Source of the DNA: Chlorobiota bacterium
Lineage (GTDB): Bacteria > Bacteroidota > Ignavibacteria > Tepidaquicellales > OLB5
DNA length: 64,000 nucleotides
Reading direction: 5' to 3'
NCBI GenBank assembly: GCA_022616535.1
Contig: JAKEEM010000035.1
Span: 718 to 64,717 of the forward strand
The notes under the pieces are model-generated. The model was not told the DNA's origin. It saw only the letters and a program-made list of their open reading frames with translations, and made no database searches. This document shows positions 12,872 to 22,337 of the stretch, in pieces (position 1 is the first letter of the stretch; each line of letters begins with the position of its first letter). Position numbers and translations under genes: made by a program.

Positions 12872-14632
12872 TTAATACTTTCTCTCCATGGGTTCAAATC
12901 TTGTCTTTACGACTTTTTTATAGGCAATCTTTGTTTCTTCCCCATCGCTGCTTTTCCGGATAAACGTGTGCTTCATCCAGTTTTTGTCGTCTCTGGCTGG
13001 AAAATCTTCCCTGTCGTGAGCGCCTCTTGATTCAGTTCTGTTCAGCGCGCTGTCATTGATGGCTTCCGCAATATCAAGCAGGTTTGCCAGTTCTATTGTT
13101 TCAAGCAAATCGGTATTGAATACTTTGCCCTTATCCTGAACAGTTATATTGTTATACTTCTGCTTTAATTGTTTGATAATGCTTTTCATTTGCTTCAAAT
13201 CGGCTTCATTTCTGAATATACCGCATTTTTCCATCATGTTTTCCTGAAGCTCTCTTCGTATTGCAGAGGTTTTTTCATTCCCCGCCTGGTTAAGCAGTCT
13301 GGCCAATGTTGAATTAGCTCTTTCTTTCGGGTCTGAGTCAAAATCGGTATAATCGGCAGTCTTTAAAAACTCAGCGATTTTTTTACCGCCGCGCCTTCCG
13401 AAAACAACCAAGTCCAAAAGTGAATTTGTCCCCAGTCTGTTTGCCCCGTGGACAGACACACACGCGCATTCACCCGCAGCATAGAATCCTTTTACAGTGT
13501 TGCCCTTATGGTCGGCAAGGACTTCAGTGTCGTAATTCGTAGGAATCCCTCCCATTGCATAATGCGCTGTCGGCTGAATCGGTACCGACTCTTTTGTCGG
13601 CTCAACACCCAAATATGTTCTCGCAAAACCGGTTATTTCTGGAATTTTCTCGTCTATCACTTCTTTGCCTAAATGAGTCAGGTCTAAATTAATGTAATAA
13701 GTTCCGTCGCTGCCTAAAATTCCGCGTCCCGCCCTTATTTCGGAAATAATTGCGCGCGATACCATATCTCTCGGAGCAAGGTCCTTTACTATAGGGGCGT
13801 AGACCTCCATAATCGGCTCATTTTTGTTATTCCTTAAAATCCCGCCTTCGCCTCTGGCTGCTTCGGAGACCAGAATCCCCAGCCGCCAAAGGCCTGTAGG
13901 GTGGAACTGGTAAAACTCCATATCCTCAAGAGGAAGCCCCGCCTGATAAGCAAGAGCGCATCCGTCACCAGTGCCTACGTGAGCATTCGATGTTATTCTG
14001 TAAACCCTGCCGTATCCGCCCGTTGCAAACATCACGCATTTTGCATGGAAGACGTGAATATCCGAAGTGGCAATATCTAATGCGGTTACCCCTTTACATG
14101 TGTTGTCTTCTATTATCAAATCCGTTAAAAAGTATTCGGAAAAAAAGTTTACCTGGTTCTTTATACAGGTTTCGTAAAGTGTTTGCAGCATAACGTGCCC
14201 TGTTCTGTCTGCAGAATAGCACGCACGCTTTACAGGTATCCGTTTTGAATTCGGGTCGTTTGGATTTTCGGGCTTCGTATGCCCGCCGAACTTCCGCTGG
14301 GCAATTTTGCCTTCCGGCGTTCTTGAAAAAGGCATTCCCATATGCTCAAGCTCTATGATTGCTCTCGGTGCGTCCTGGCACATTATTTCTATTGCGTCCT
14401 GGTCGCCAAGATAATCCGAGCCTTTCACGGTATCAAACGCATGGTTTAGCCACGAGTCATCTTCTTCATTCGATAACGCTGCGCATACGCCTCCCTGTGC
14501 TGTTCCCGTATGCGAGCGGGTCGGAAACACTTTTGAGATAACTGCGCAGGAGTATTCTTTTGGTATTTCAACGGCAGCGCGAAGTCCTGCTCCACCTGCG
14601 CCCACTATAACAACATCAAATTTGTGTATCAT
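12872..14632 (-). CDS. sdhA: Succinate dehydrogenase flavoprotein subunit (canonical type)
   Basis: GAGGAG, RSHTGTAQGG, QFHPTG, HYAMGG, HGANRLGTNSLLD, ESRGAH. Confidence 0.93.
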   Translation of the reverse strand: MIHKFDVVIVGAGGAGLRAAVEIPKEYSCAVISKVFPTRSHTGTAQGGVCAALSNEEDDSWLNHAFDTVKGSDYLGDQDAIEIMCQDAPRAIIELEHMGMPFSRTPEGKIAQRKFGGHTKPENPNDPNSKRIPVKRACYSADRTGHVMLQTLYETCIKNQVNFFSEYFLTDLIIEDNTCKGVTALDIATSDIHVFHAKCVMFATGGYGRVYRITSNAHVGTGDGCALAYQAGLPLEDMEFYQFHPTGLWRLGILVSEAARGEGGILRNNKNEPIMEVYAPIVKDLAPRDMVSRAIISEIRAGRGILGSDGTYYINLDLTHLGKEVIDEKIPEITGFARTYLGVEPTKESVPIQPTAHYAMGGIPTNYDTEVLADHKGNTVKGFYAAGECACVSVHGANRLGTNSLLDLVVFGRRGGKKIAEFLKTADYTDFDSDPKERANSTLARLLNQAGNEKTSAIRRELQENMMEKCGIFRNEADLKQMKSIIKQLKQKYNNITVQDKGKVFNTDLLETIELANLLDIAEAINDSALNRTESRGAHDREDFPARDDKNWMKHTFIRKSSDGEETKIAYKKVVKTRFEPMERKY

Positions 14633-14647
14633 TCTGTTCTTTCCTGA

Positions 14648-16276
14648 TTAATTCATTTCCCTGATAGCTTTCAGCAGCTCGGCTTTCTTTTTATTTTCTT
14701 CAGGCGTATATGTATAAATGCTTTTTAAATCCATATAATAAAGTATCGCATCAAATTTCTTGCGTTCTTTAACGGCTATAAGCCCGAGATAATAGGGTAT
14801 GTCTAAATAGTAAGTCGAACCGTAATAAGTAAGCTCCCTGTCATACGCCTGCTCAATATATTTTTTTGATTTCCTGTAATCGTTATACTTATAAAAATAA
14901 ATTGCCCCAATTTGTATGTATGCCTGTGTGTAACCGGAGTCTTTCTTTATAATTCTCCTGTATTCTCTAATGGCTGTTTTATATTTCCCCATCTTTTCGT
15001 GCAGGTTCGCAATTTGATACTGCACATAAATATCACCGGTGTCTTTTGTAAGCATCTTCTCATAAAAAAGCAATGCCTTTTTATATTCTTTTGAAGTCGA
15101 ATACGCATTTGCCAGACTCGATGACAACAGCCCAAGCAGGCTGTCTGATTGAAATCTTGTCCTTATTGTATCGTAGAGGTTTTCTGCACGGCTGAAGTTT
15201 TCCGTGTAAACATATAAATCCATAAGCTGTTCGTAAACCTGAAACGAATCCGGAGCAATATTTAGGCATTTGAAATAGAACATTTCGGCTTTGCTGAAGT
15301 TTACCTTGGCAATTGAATCCTGCTTTACAACAAATGTATCCGCCGTTTTCATAGTATCTTTCTGCTTAACGTAATACCAGTTATAGGTTGCCTCTGATTT
15401 ATAGTTATTAGCCAGCTTTAAATTCGAAAAATACAGGCTTTCTTCCCTTTTTTTCCTTGCTTCCTCGTTGTTATCAATGTTTGCAAGGTCTATTGAATTC
15501 ATAAAGTAAACAAAGCTGTTCACTGCAATGGCAAAATTCAGGTTTCCATAGCCGGTGTATGTGTAAGTCGTAATGCCAATTACCTCACCTTGCTTGTTGA
15601 ATAGCGCCCCCCCGCTGTTGCCGGGTGATATTGCCGCAGTTAATTGTATGACTTTTTCGAAGCTCTTTTCAATCGGTATATATGACACCGGGTCGGTGAA
15701 GGAGACTTTTTCGTTATCGCGGATGCCTGCAACTATCCCCTGTGAAATAGTGTATTCATAGCCCAAAGGACTCCCGATGGCAAAAACTTCCTGCCCGACT
15801 TTTACAACATCCGAATTTCCGAATTTTATGGTCGGGAACTTCCTTCCGTTGGGTGATTTAATCCTGATAATAGCCATATCGTTTTTCTCGTCTATTATCA
15901 AAAGCTCCGCATCATAAAAAACCCCGTCGCTGGTTTTTACAAGCAGGCTGTCGATTCCGTCAACAACGTGATAGTTGGTGCCGATTAGCCCGTCTTCGGT
16001 GAATATAAAACCGCTCCCGTTTAATAAAGTAGTATCTTTGTACGAATATGAATAATATGAGTAGTAGTTATCCGTATGATACCATATAGATATCAGCGAG
16101 GGCTTGTTCATCTCAATTATCTGCTCTGCATTGAAATAAGAGGAAGTGTCCGCCAAAAATTTATTTGACTGCACGTTCCCCGGTTTTTTATCCTGTGAAA
16201 GAGTTAACGCTGAGCTGATTAATAATACCGTAAGAAAAAAATGTTTCAGCAAGTTATAAGTTACTTTCCTTTCCAC
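14648..16276 (-). CDS. Secreted trypsin-like (S1C) serine protease with C-terminal TPR repeats
   Basis: Signal peptide; GSGF, TNYHVV, DMAII and GNSGG triad motifs; TPR-like helices in place of PDZ. Confidence 0.8.
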   Translation of the reverse strand: MERKVTYNLLKHFFLTVLLISSALTLSQDKKPGNVQSNKFLADTSSYFNAEQIIEMNKPSLISIWYHTDNYYSYYSYSYKDTTLLNGSGFIFTEDGLIGTNYHVVDGIDSLLVKTSDGVFYDAELLIIDEKNDMAIIRIKSPNGRKFPTIKFGNSDVVKVGQEVFAIGSPLGYEYTISQGIVAGIRDNEKVSFTDPVSYIPIEKSFEKVIQLTAAISPGNSGGALFNKQGEVIGITTYTYTGYGNLNFAIAVNSFVYFMNSIDLANIDNNEEARKKREESLYFSNLKLANNYKSEATYNWYYVKQKDTMKTADTFVVKQDSIAKVNFSKAEMFYFKCLNIAPDSFQVYEQLMDLYVYTENFSRAENLYDTIRTRFQSDSLLGLLSSSLANAYSTSKEYKKALLFYEKMLTKDTGDIYVQYQIANLHEKMGKYKTAIREYRRIIKKDSGYTQAYIQIGAIYFYKYNDYRKSKKYIEQAYDRELTYYGSTYYLDIPYYLGLIAVKERKKFDAILYYMDLKSIYTYTPEENKKKAELLKAIREMN

Positions 16277-17064
16277 TCAGGTTTGCGTTTTTCGATAAAT
16301 GCATTCATTCCTTCTTTCATATCCTCGGAAGCAAAGAGCAGGTAAAAGGCTTTACGCTCGTATTCAAGTCCGCCCTCAACAGTGGTATCGAATGCTTTTA
16401 ATATTGCATCCTTCGCCATTTGAACTGCAATCGGAGGCATTGCGGCGATTTCCTTTGCAAGCGCCTGCGCTTCCTCAAGGTAAATCTCATCGTCTGCAAT
16501 TCTTGTAACAAGCCCAGCTTCGAACATTTCACGGGCTGAGTACATTCTTCCCGTCAGAATCATTTCCATTGCTCTTGCTTTTCCGATTGCTCTTGTAAGT
16601 CTTTGAGTTCCGCCTGCGCCGGGGATAATGCCGATTTTAATTTCCGGCTGTCCGAATCTAGTTGATTCAGCTGCCACAATCATATCGCATGTCATCGAGA
16701 GCTCGCACCCGCCGCCTAAAACATAACCCGATGTTGCGGCAATAATCGGTTTTTTGATTTTGCGGATTTTATCCCACACGGCAAACTGGTCGCGAATGTG
16801 CATATCTATCGCGCCTTGTGTTGCCATTTCCTTAATATCCGCGCCCGCTGCAAATGCCTTTGCACTGCCGGTGATTATAATACATCCAATTTCCGTCTCT
16901 TTGTCAAATTGTTCCAGCGCACCAAGCAGCTCACCCATTAATTCGATATTTAACGCATTTAAAACATCAGGGCGATTAAACTGGATTTGCCCAACCTTGA
17001 GTCCGCCCGGGTTATCTATTTTTGTAACAATTATGTTTTTGTAGGCGGGATTGCTTGCCATCAA
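16261..17064 (-). CDS. Enoyl-CoA hydratase (PaaF-like crotonase)
   Basis: AFAAGADIKE, GGGCEL, FGQPEI, PGAGGTQRL. Confidence 0.9.
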   Translation of the reverse strand: MMASNPAYKNIIVTKIDNPGGLKVGQIQFNRPDVLNALNIELMGELLGALEQFDKETEIGCIIITGSAKAFAAGADIKEMATQGAIDMHIRDQFAVWDKIRKIKKPIIAATSGYVLGGGCELSMTCDMIVAAESTRFGQPEIKIGIIPGAGGTQRLTRAIGKARAMEMILTGRMYSAREMFEAGLVTRIADDEIYLEEAQALAKEIAAMPPIAVQMAKDAILKAFDTTVEGGLEYERKAFYLLFASEDMKEGMNAFIEKRKPEWKGK

Positions 17065-17138
17065 TTAATAGATTTGCTTATTAAACAGCAAAAATACAGA
17101 AAATTGCATATAGTTACAATGGAAATTCAGTTTAGAAA

Positions 17139-17305
17139 GTCATACCCGAGAAGTCGGATATCCAGAGCTTAAGTTTCAAATATCAATTAGTTTAGCCTTG
17201 GATGAAATTTTACTATAAATATAACAGACAATAATATAAATATTTACTTATTTTTTTACTCTGGAGTTCGCTTTGGCCTGCCTTCTGCATACACGCGCAA
17301 ATGAC
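17139..17305. repeat. Degenerate inverted pair of GTCAT...TCCAG / CTGGA...ATGAC palindromic repeats
   Basis: GTCATACCCGAGAAGTCGGATATCCAG at 17139-17165 and CTGGAGTTCGCTTTGG..CGCAAATGAC at 17261-17305 have complementary ends. Confidence 0.45.
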
Positions 17306-17313
17306 AAGGAGAA

Positions 17314-18201
17314 TTACTCTATTATCATCGCTTTTTGGGGCTTACTGAAATTACGCCACAGAATCGCGCCGAAAATTATTACACCCCCGAGTATTGAGTA
17401 AACCGAAGGCACCTCGCCAATCCCGATAAACACCCAAATCGGGTTGAAAATCGCCTCGAGCGTTGCTATTATCATCGATTCGGTTGCCGATACATACTTT
17501 ATTCCTTCGTTAAAAATCATATAGCTTATGCCGATCTGTATTGCTCCCATATAAACAAGGATTAACCCTTCATTCACAGTTATTTCAAAATTGGGGAAAA
17601 TAATAATTGAAGCAATTACAGCAACAAGAGCATTTCCGGTTATAACGTAATTCAAAGTATTTTCGGATTTGTGTATGACTTTTTTATATTTCAAAAGCAG
17701 GCTGAACATTGCAAAACAAATTCCGGACCCGATTGCAATCAAATTTCCATAAATACTGCCAATTTCAAGCCTTCCGAAGAAAAATAAAATCATTCCGCCG
17801 ATACATATAATAATTGTTATAACGTTCTTCGGCTCAAACTTAGTTTTTAAAAATATCGGTTCAAGTACGACTAAATATATCGGAGCCGTGAACTGAAGAA
17901 AAATTGCATTTGCAGCGGTCGTCATTTTTGTTGCGGCTACAAACAGTATCAGAATGCCTGCATAAAATACTGCGGCAAAGTTTGAAACTTTATCGAACTC
18001 AAATTTTAATTTTTTACCGCGTAGCAGGCATATTGAATAAACGGTAATCGCGGCAATTGCAGATCGGTACAGTGAAATCTGAAACGCATTGATTGTTAAG
18101 TACTTAATAAAAAAACCACTTGTGCTCCACAAAAATGCAGTGACGGAAATATAAATCAAGCCCTTGCGGTGCCTGGGAATTTTCTCCAAAAGGGATTTCA
18201 A
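17314..18201 (-). CDS. DMT/EamA family transporter
   Basis: About ten TM segments in two repeats; AANAIFLQFTAP, LEAIFNPIW. Confidence 0.88.
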   Translation of the reverse strand: MKSLLEKIPRHRKGLIYISVTAFLWSTSGFFIKYLTINAFQISLYRSAIAAITVYSICLLRGKKLKFEFDKVSNFAAVFYAGILILFVAATKMTTAANAIFLQFTAPIYLVVLEPIFLKTKFEPKNVITIIICIGGMILFFFGRLEIGSIYGNLIAIGSGICFAMFSLLLKYKKVIHKSENTLNYVITGNALVAVIASIIIFPNFEITVNEGLILVYMGAIQIGISYMIFNEGIKYVSATESMIIATLEAIFNPIWVFIGIGEVPSVYSILGGVIIFGAILWRNFSKPQKAMIIE

Positions 18202-19016
18202 GCGGATTTTCTCCCTGCCGCGTTTACAAGAATGGGGGAGAAAAAAACTGTGTCAGGATTTTGCTTGTGTTCATTCCAGTCATTAAGCATAGCATCGCCT
18301 GTATTCTGCTTAATAATTTCCATATCAATCATTTGCTGAACGTGAACATTGAAAAATCTATCCGCCCACTGAAGTACACCGCTCGCGGGTCCCCCCGCTA
18401 AAACAACTGGGCGATAGTGCACCAGTTCGATGTTTCGTTCTCTAAACATTTTAGGAAATTTTGCGCCGATATACGGGTCGCCTCCCCCGTGTTTCCAGTA
18501 AGCACGGACTGTTTCAGCCATGTTTTCAAAAGCACCTCCTCTTGGGTAGAGCGAAAGCCCTTCGTACGCATAATCCATAAAGGCAATTATGCCCCCCGTA
18601 GCAAGTGATTTTAAAAGCTTATCCATAAATAAATCGGGGTTAGGTACAAATGCGATAACCCATCTTGCAAAAATCACGTCATAATAATTTTCAGGCAGTT
18701 CGGCGTCCTCAGCAGCGCTTTGGATTGCTTTTGTATTATTCCAGCCTTTCTCCTTGCATTTATTTACAAAGTAGTTTAGGTAAAATTCCGATGGCTCAAG
18801 AGCGGTTACTTCCCCTGTTTTGCCCACTTTCTCAAGGAATTCAAACGAAACAAATCCCGGTCCTGAGCCGACGTCAAGGATTTTCCATCCCTTTTGGATT
18901 TGGAGTTTTTCCAAAAAGGTGTCTGTGACTTCTTTCCATACTGAGTGCTGGAATTCAAGCCGGTTTAGCTCATATTCGCTTATGCCCAGTATGTATTGGT
19001 CTGATTTTTTATTCAT
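18198..19016 (-). CDS. Class I SAM-dependent methyltransferase
   Basis: ILDVGSGPG motif I; YILG..E.ELNRLE.Q N-terminus. Confidence 0.85.
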   Translation of the reverse strand: MNKKSDQYILGISEYELNRLEFQHSVWKEVTDTFLEKLQIQKGWKILDVGSGPGFVSFEFLEKVGKTGEVTALEPSEFYLNYFVNKCKEKGWNNTKAIQSAAEDAELPENYYDVIFARWVIAFVPNPDLFMDKLLKSLATGGIIAFMDYAYEGLSLYPRGGAFENMAETVRAYWKHGGGDPYIGAKFPKMFRERNIELVHYRPVVLAGGPASGVLQWADRFFNVHVQQMIDMEIIKQNTGDAMLNDWNEHKQNPDTVFFSPILVNAAGRKSA

Positions 19017-19140
19017 AATTAATTTGCAATATTGTTTTATTTGTAACTCAAATCAATATAAAAATAATTTTAGAGGTACCAAATTCTCCACCGATAAATG
19101 AACGGGGAATTTGTTTTTTAAAATAATTATTTTCGCGGCA

Positions 19141-20009
19141 ATGAATATCTGGCTTGGCAAAAAAAGAGGGTATTTAACCGATTGGATTACACAAAAATGG
19201 GTTCGGTTTACGGGCAACAAAGCTGATTTACGGAGTGAACGATTGCTCCTTGGTCCGATGGGCGATACTGAAAAAATCGGGGAAGATTTTTATAAACAGG
19301 TTACCTCGGATGAAAACCTAGAAATTGTTACCGATGAAAATAATTCCGGCTTGTTAAAAAATCTGGATGTTTTAAAAAACAGCTCTCTCCAAAACTTTAA
19401 TCCCAAGGTAAAGGATTTCTATGAACGTACAATTAATTACGAATTTGATGTTTGGTCCGAATGGGTGGGATTTTTCAAGCCGTTCGGGCGGCTGCTTGCT
19501 GTAATTTTTCCAAACGGCTCCAGCAGCTTAACGTTCCGCTTTCTCCATTGGATACAAGCCGTGGGGTTACGAGTGAAATCATACAATTAAAGGATAAATC
19601 GACCGGTGAAGCCTTTTACCGAATATGGCTTCGGAAAAAAATTGTCGCTGGTGACGTAATTTATGCCGGCTGCTACGGCTGGTGCAAGCCGCCCAATGTT
19701 AATTATAACTGTACCAAAGTTGTTTTTCCTCTTCCAAACGGCAACTGCACGGTTATTATGACTCCAACAACCGGTGATGACGGCTCACTTAAGCTTGTCT
19801 CAAATGGCAGCAGATACGGCGACCCGGGATTTTATTTCACAATCAAAAATAGCGAGGGCGTTTATTACGCAAGGTTTGTAAAAACAATGAGGGAAACAAT
19901 TCACGTATATGTGGATTCACAAGGGGTTTTAAGAACCGACCACACCCTTACAATATGGAAAAGAACGTTTCTAAAGCTCCATTACAAGATATTTATAAAG
20001 AGTTATTAA
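19141..20009 (+). pseudogene. Hypothetical protein split by a 1-nt frameshift (pseudogene or assembly error)
   Basis: ORFs 19111-19590 and 19452-20009 join as ...LLAVIFSKRLQQLNVPL... if the T5 run at 19505-19509 is T6. Confidence 0.7.
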
Positions 20010-20128
20010 GTTTGTTAAGTTCATTAAGTTTAGTGAGTACATTGAGTTTAGTGAGTTCATTAAGTTTATTGAGTTTCAAAACCTTATAACTTTACGAACT
20101 TTATAAATCTTATTAACTTTATAAACTT
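20000..20128. repeat. Inverted array of degenerate 9-bp tandem repeats
   Basis: AAGTTTGTT AAGTTCATT AAGTTTAGT GAGTACATT GAGTTTAGT GAGTTCATT AAGTTTATT, then AACTTTATA-like units of opposite polarity. Confidence 0.8.
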
Positions 20129-20191
20129 AAATTTTTTACTCTTTTTAATATCATTAATATTTCGGAAATTTGAGAGTTTTAAAGCCAGTTT

Positions 20192-20626
20192 ATGACAAAA
20201 GGTGTCCTAAATAACTACAAAACCGAAGAAATCAGGGAAAATCAAAATCCTGTGGTGAGATGGATTTTGATTATTAGCGGTTTCGTTTTAATCGGAATCG
20301 GAATACTCGGAATGTTCCTGCCTTTACTTCCTACAACGGTTTTTTTTATTCTTGCTGCATGGTGTTTTGCAAGAAGCTCCGGAAAATTCTACTACTGGCT
20401 TCATCATAACCGTTTGTTCGGGAAATATCTTAGGGATTATTCCTCCGGCGGGGGGATGAGTGTAAAATCGAAAATTTATTCAATTTTATTTTTGTGGACG
20501 GGCATACTTGTATCGGCAATTTTATTAACCGAGAATTTGTATGTTAGAATCCTTTTGCTTGCAATAGCAGTTGGAGTTACGTGGCACATTGCTTCATTAA
20601 AAACAATAAAAGAGACAGAGAATTAA
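20192..20626 (+). CDS. YbaN/DUF454 family inner membrane protein
   Basis: GILGMFLPLLPTTVFFILAAWCFARSS signature. Confidence 0.9.
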   Translation: MTKGVLNNYKTEEIRENQNPVVRWILIISGFVLIGIGILGMFLPLLPTTVFFILAAWCFARSSGKFYYWLHHNRLFGKYLRDYSSGGGMSVKSKIYSILFLWTGILVSAILLTENLYVRILLLAIAVGVTWHIASLKTIKETEN

Positions 20627-20641
20627 AATGTTTGGAGTTAA

Positions 20642-21676
20642 ATGCCAAGAATAGAAAAACTTTCACGGGAGCTGCAGAAAGCAGACAATGAGCTTTTAAA
20701 TGAGCTTCGCCCCCATACGTTTGCTGAATTTGTAGGGCAGGAGAAAATTAAAGGCAATATCAATATTTCAATTCAAAGCTCTAAGAAAAGAAAAGATTCA
20801 CTTGACCATATTTTATTTACGGGTCCGCCCGGACTCGGCAAAACAACTCTCGCTTATATAATAGCCGGCGAAATGAATTCGCGCATAATAACAACAGCTG
20901 GACCAGTTCTGGAAAAACCCGGTGATATTGCCGGTATGCTTACGAAACTTGAGCCAAAAGACATTTTATTTATAGATGAAATCCACCGGACACCCAAAGT
21001 GGTGGAGGAATACCTTTACTCCGCTATGGAGGATTACAAGCTGGATATCATTATTGACCAGGGACCCGGCGCGAGGAGCGTAAGTCTTCAGCTTGAGAAG
21101 TTTACGTTAATCGGCTCTACCACGCGCTCCGGCTTATTAAGCTCGCCTCTGCTTGACAGGTTTGGAATGCGCTGCCGGCTGAATTATTATAACGTTGATG
21201 AGCTTACAGAAATCGTAAACCGTTCTGCAGGGATTTTGAAAATTAAAATCGAACCTGAAGGCGCTGAGTTAATCGCCAAGCGCTCGCGCGGAACGCCGAG
21301 AATTGCAAACCGTCTGCTTAAGCTTACGCGTGATTTGGCGGTGGTCAAAAATAAAGGCTTTATCACACGCGGAGTTGCAGATGAATGCTTGAATAACTGG
21401 GAAATCGATCACCGGGGGCTTGACGAGCTTGATAAAAAAATTCTAACCACAATAATTGATACCTATAACGGCGGTCCGGTCGGATTAAATTCAATAGCCG
21501 TATCCGTTGGCGAGGAATCAGGCACAATCGAGGAAGTCTACGAGCCCTTTTTGGTTCAGGAGGGCTTTATCAGGCGGACATCGCGCGGAAGGGAAGCAAC
21601 GGATTTAGCTTATGAGCATCTGGGAATTCAGAAAAAGAAAAAGAAATCGCCTAATCAGAACAGCTTGTTTGATTAA
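20642..21676 (+). CDS. ruvB: Holliday junction branch migration helicase RuvB
   Basis: LRP..F.EFVGQ, GPPGLGKTTLA, FIDEIHR, RGTPRIANRLL, YEPFLVQEG. Confidence 0.97.
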   Translation: MPRIEKLSRELQKADNELLNELRPHTFAEFVGQEKIKGNINISIQSSKKRKDSLDHILFTGPPGLGKTTLAYIIAGEMNSRIITTAGPVLEKPGDIAGMLTKLEPKDILFIDEIHRTPKVVEEYLYSAMEDYKLDIIIDQGPGARSVSLQLEKFTLIGSTTRSGLLSSPLLDRFGMRCRLNYYNVDELTEIVNRSAGILKIKIEPEGAELIAKRSRGTPRIANRLLKLTRDLAVVKNKGFITRGVADECLNNWEIDHRGLDELDKKILTTIIDTYNGGPVGLNSIAVSVGEESGTIEEVYEPFLVQEGFIRRTSRGREATDLAYEHLGIQKKKKKSPNQNSLFD

Positions 21677-21722
21677 TAAATTTAATTTCTTCTCTCAATT
21701 GGAGCAGGGGGTGAGGTTTTAA

Positions 21723-22337
21723 ATTAAAAAGCTTCCTAAAGATTTTTACCTCCAAAAATGCCTTAAAGCGGCGAGGGATTTGCTCGGTAATGTCATAATG
21801 CGAAAAAAAGGGAGGAAAGTTTATGCGGGAATTATCGTTGAAACCGAAGCTTACCTTGGCTCAAAAGACGCTGCTTCGCATGCATACAGTGGGAAGACAA
21901 AACGAAATGCTTATATGTTTTCCGAAGGCGGGGTAGCGTATGTTTACTTTACCTATGGCAACCATTACTGCTTAAATGTTGTGGTTGAAAAAGAAAATAC
22001 AGCTCACGCTGTATTAATCAGAGCTCTTGAACCTATCAAAGGCATCGAGCAAATGAAAAAAAACAGAAATACTGGAAATATTTATAATTTAACAAGCGGT
22101 CCGGGCAAGCTGACACAGGCATTCGAAATTGACTTGAAGCTCAACGGTGCTGATTTAACGGGCGATGAGCTTTATATATGCGAAAATAATACTAACAGAA
22201 GATTTAAAATAAAAAAATCAAAAAGAATAGGGATTACTAAAAACGCGGATAAATTGTTCAGGTTTTATGCAGCAGACAGCCCCTTTGTTTCAGGCATTAA
22301 TTCAAATTCAATATTGAGGGAAAATGCTCAGCGTTAA
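21723..22337 (+). CDS. mpg: DNA-3-methyladenine glycosylase (AAG/MPG family); start codon uncertain
   Basis: IVETEAY, DAASHA, YVYFTYGNHYCLN, VLIRALEP, SGPGKL, RIGI. Family-like N-terminus KLPKDFY extends upstream of TTG 21780 to ATT 21723. Confidence 0.88.
   Translation: MKKLPKDFYLQKCLKAARDLLGNVIMRKKGRKVYAGIIVETEAYLGSKDAASHAYSGKTKRNAYMFSEGGVAYVYFTYGNHYCLNVVVEKENTAHAVLIRALEPIKGIEQMKKNRNTGNIYNLTSGPGKLTQAFEIDLKLNGADLTGDELYICENNTNRRFKIKKSKRIGITKNADKLFRFYAADSPFVSGINSNSILRENAQR

Noticed and set aside
19505-19509. Programmed ribosomal frameshift
   Set aside because: No canonical slippery heptamer or evident stimulatory structure; similar single-base lesions elsewhere suggest assembly error.
20000-20128. 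CRISPR array
   Set aside because: Units are 9 bp with no unique spacers of CRISPR length, and there are no cas genes.
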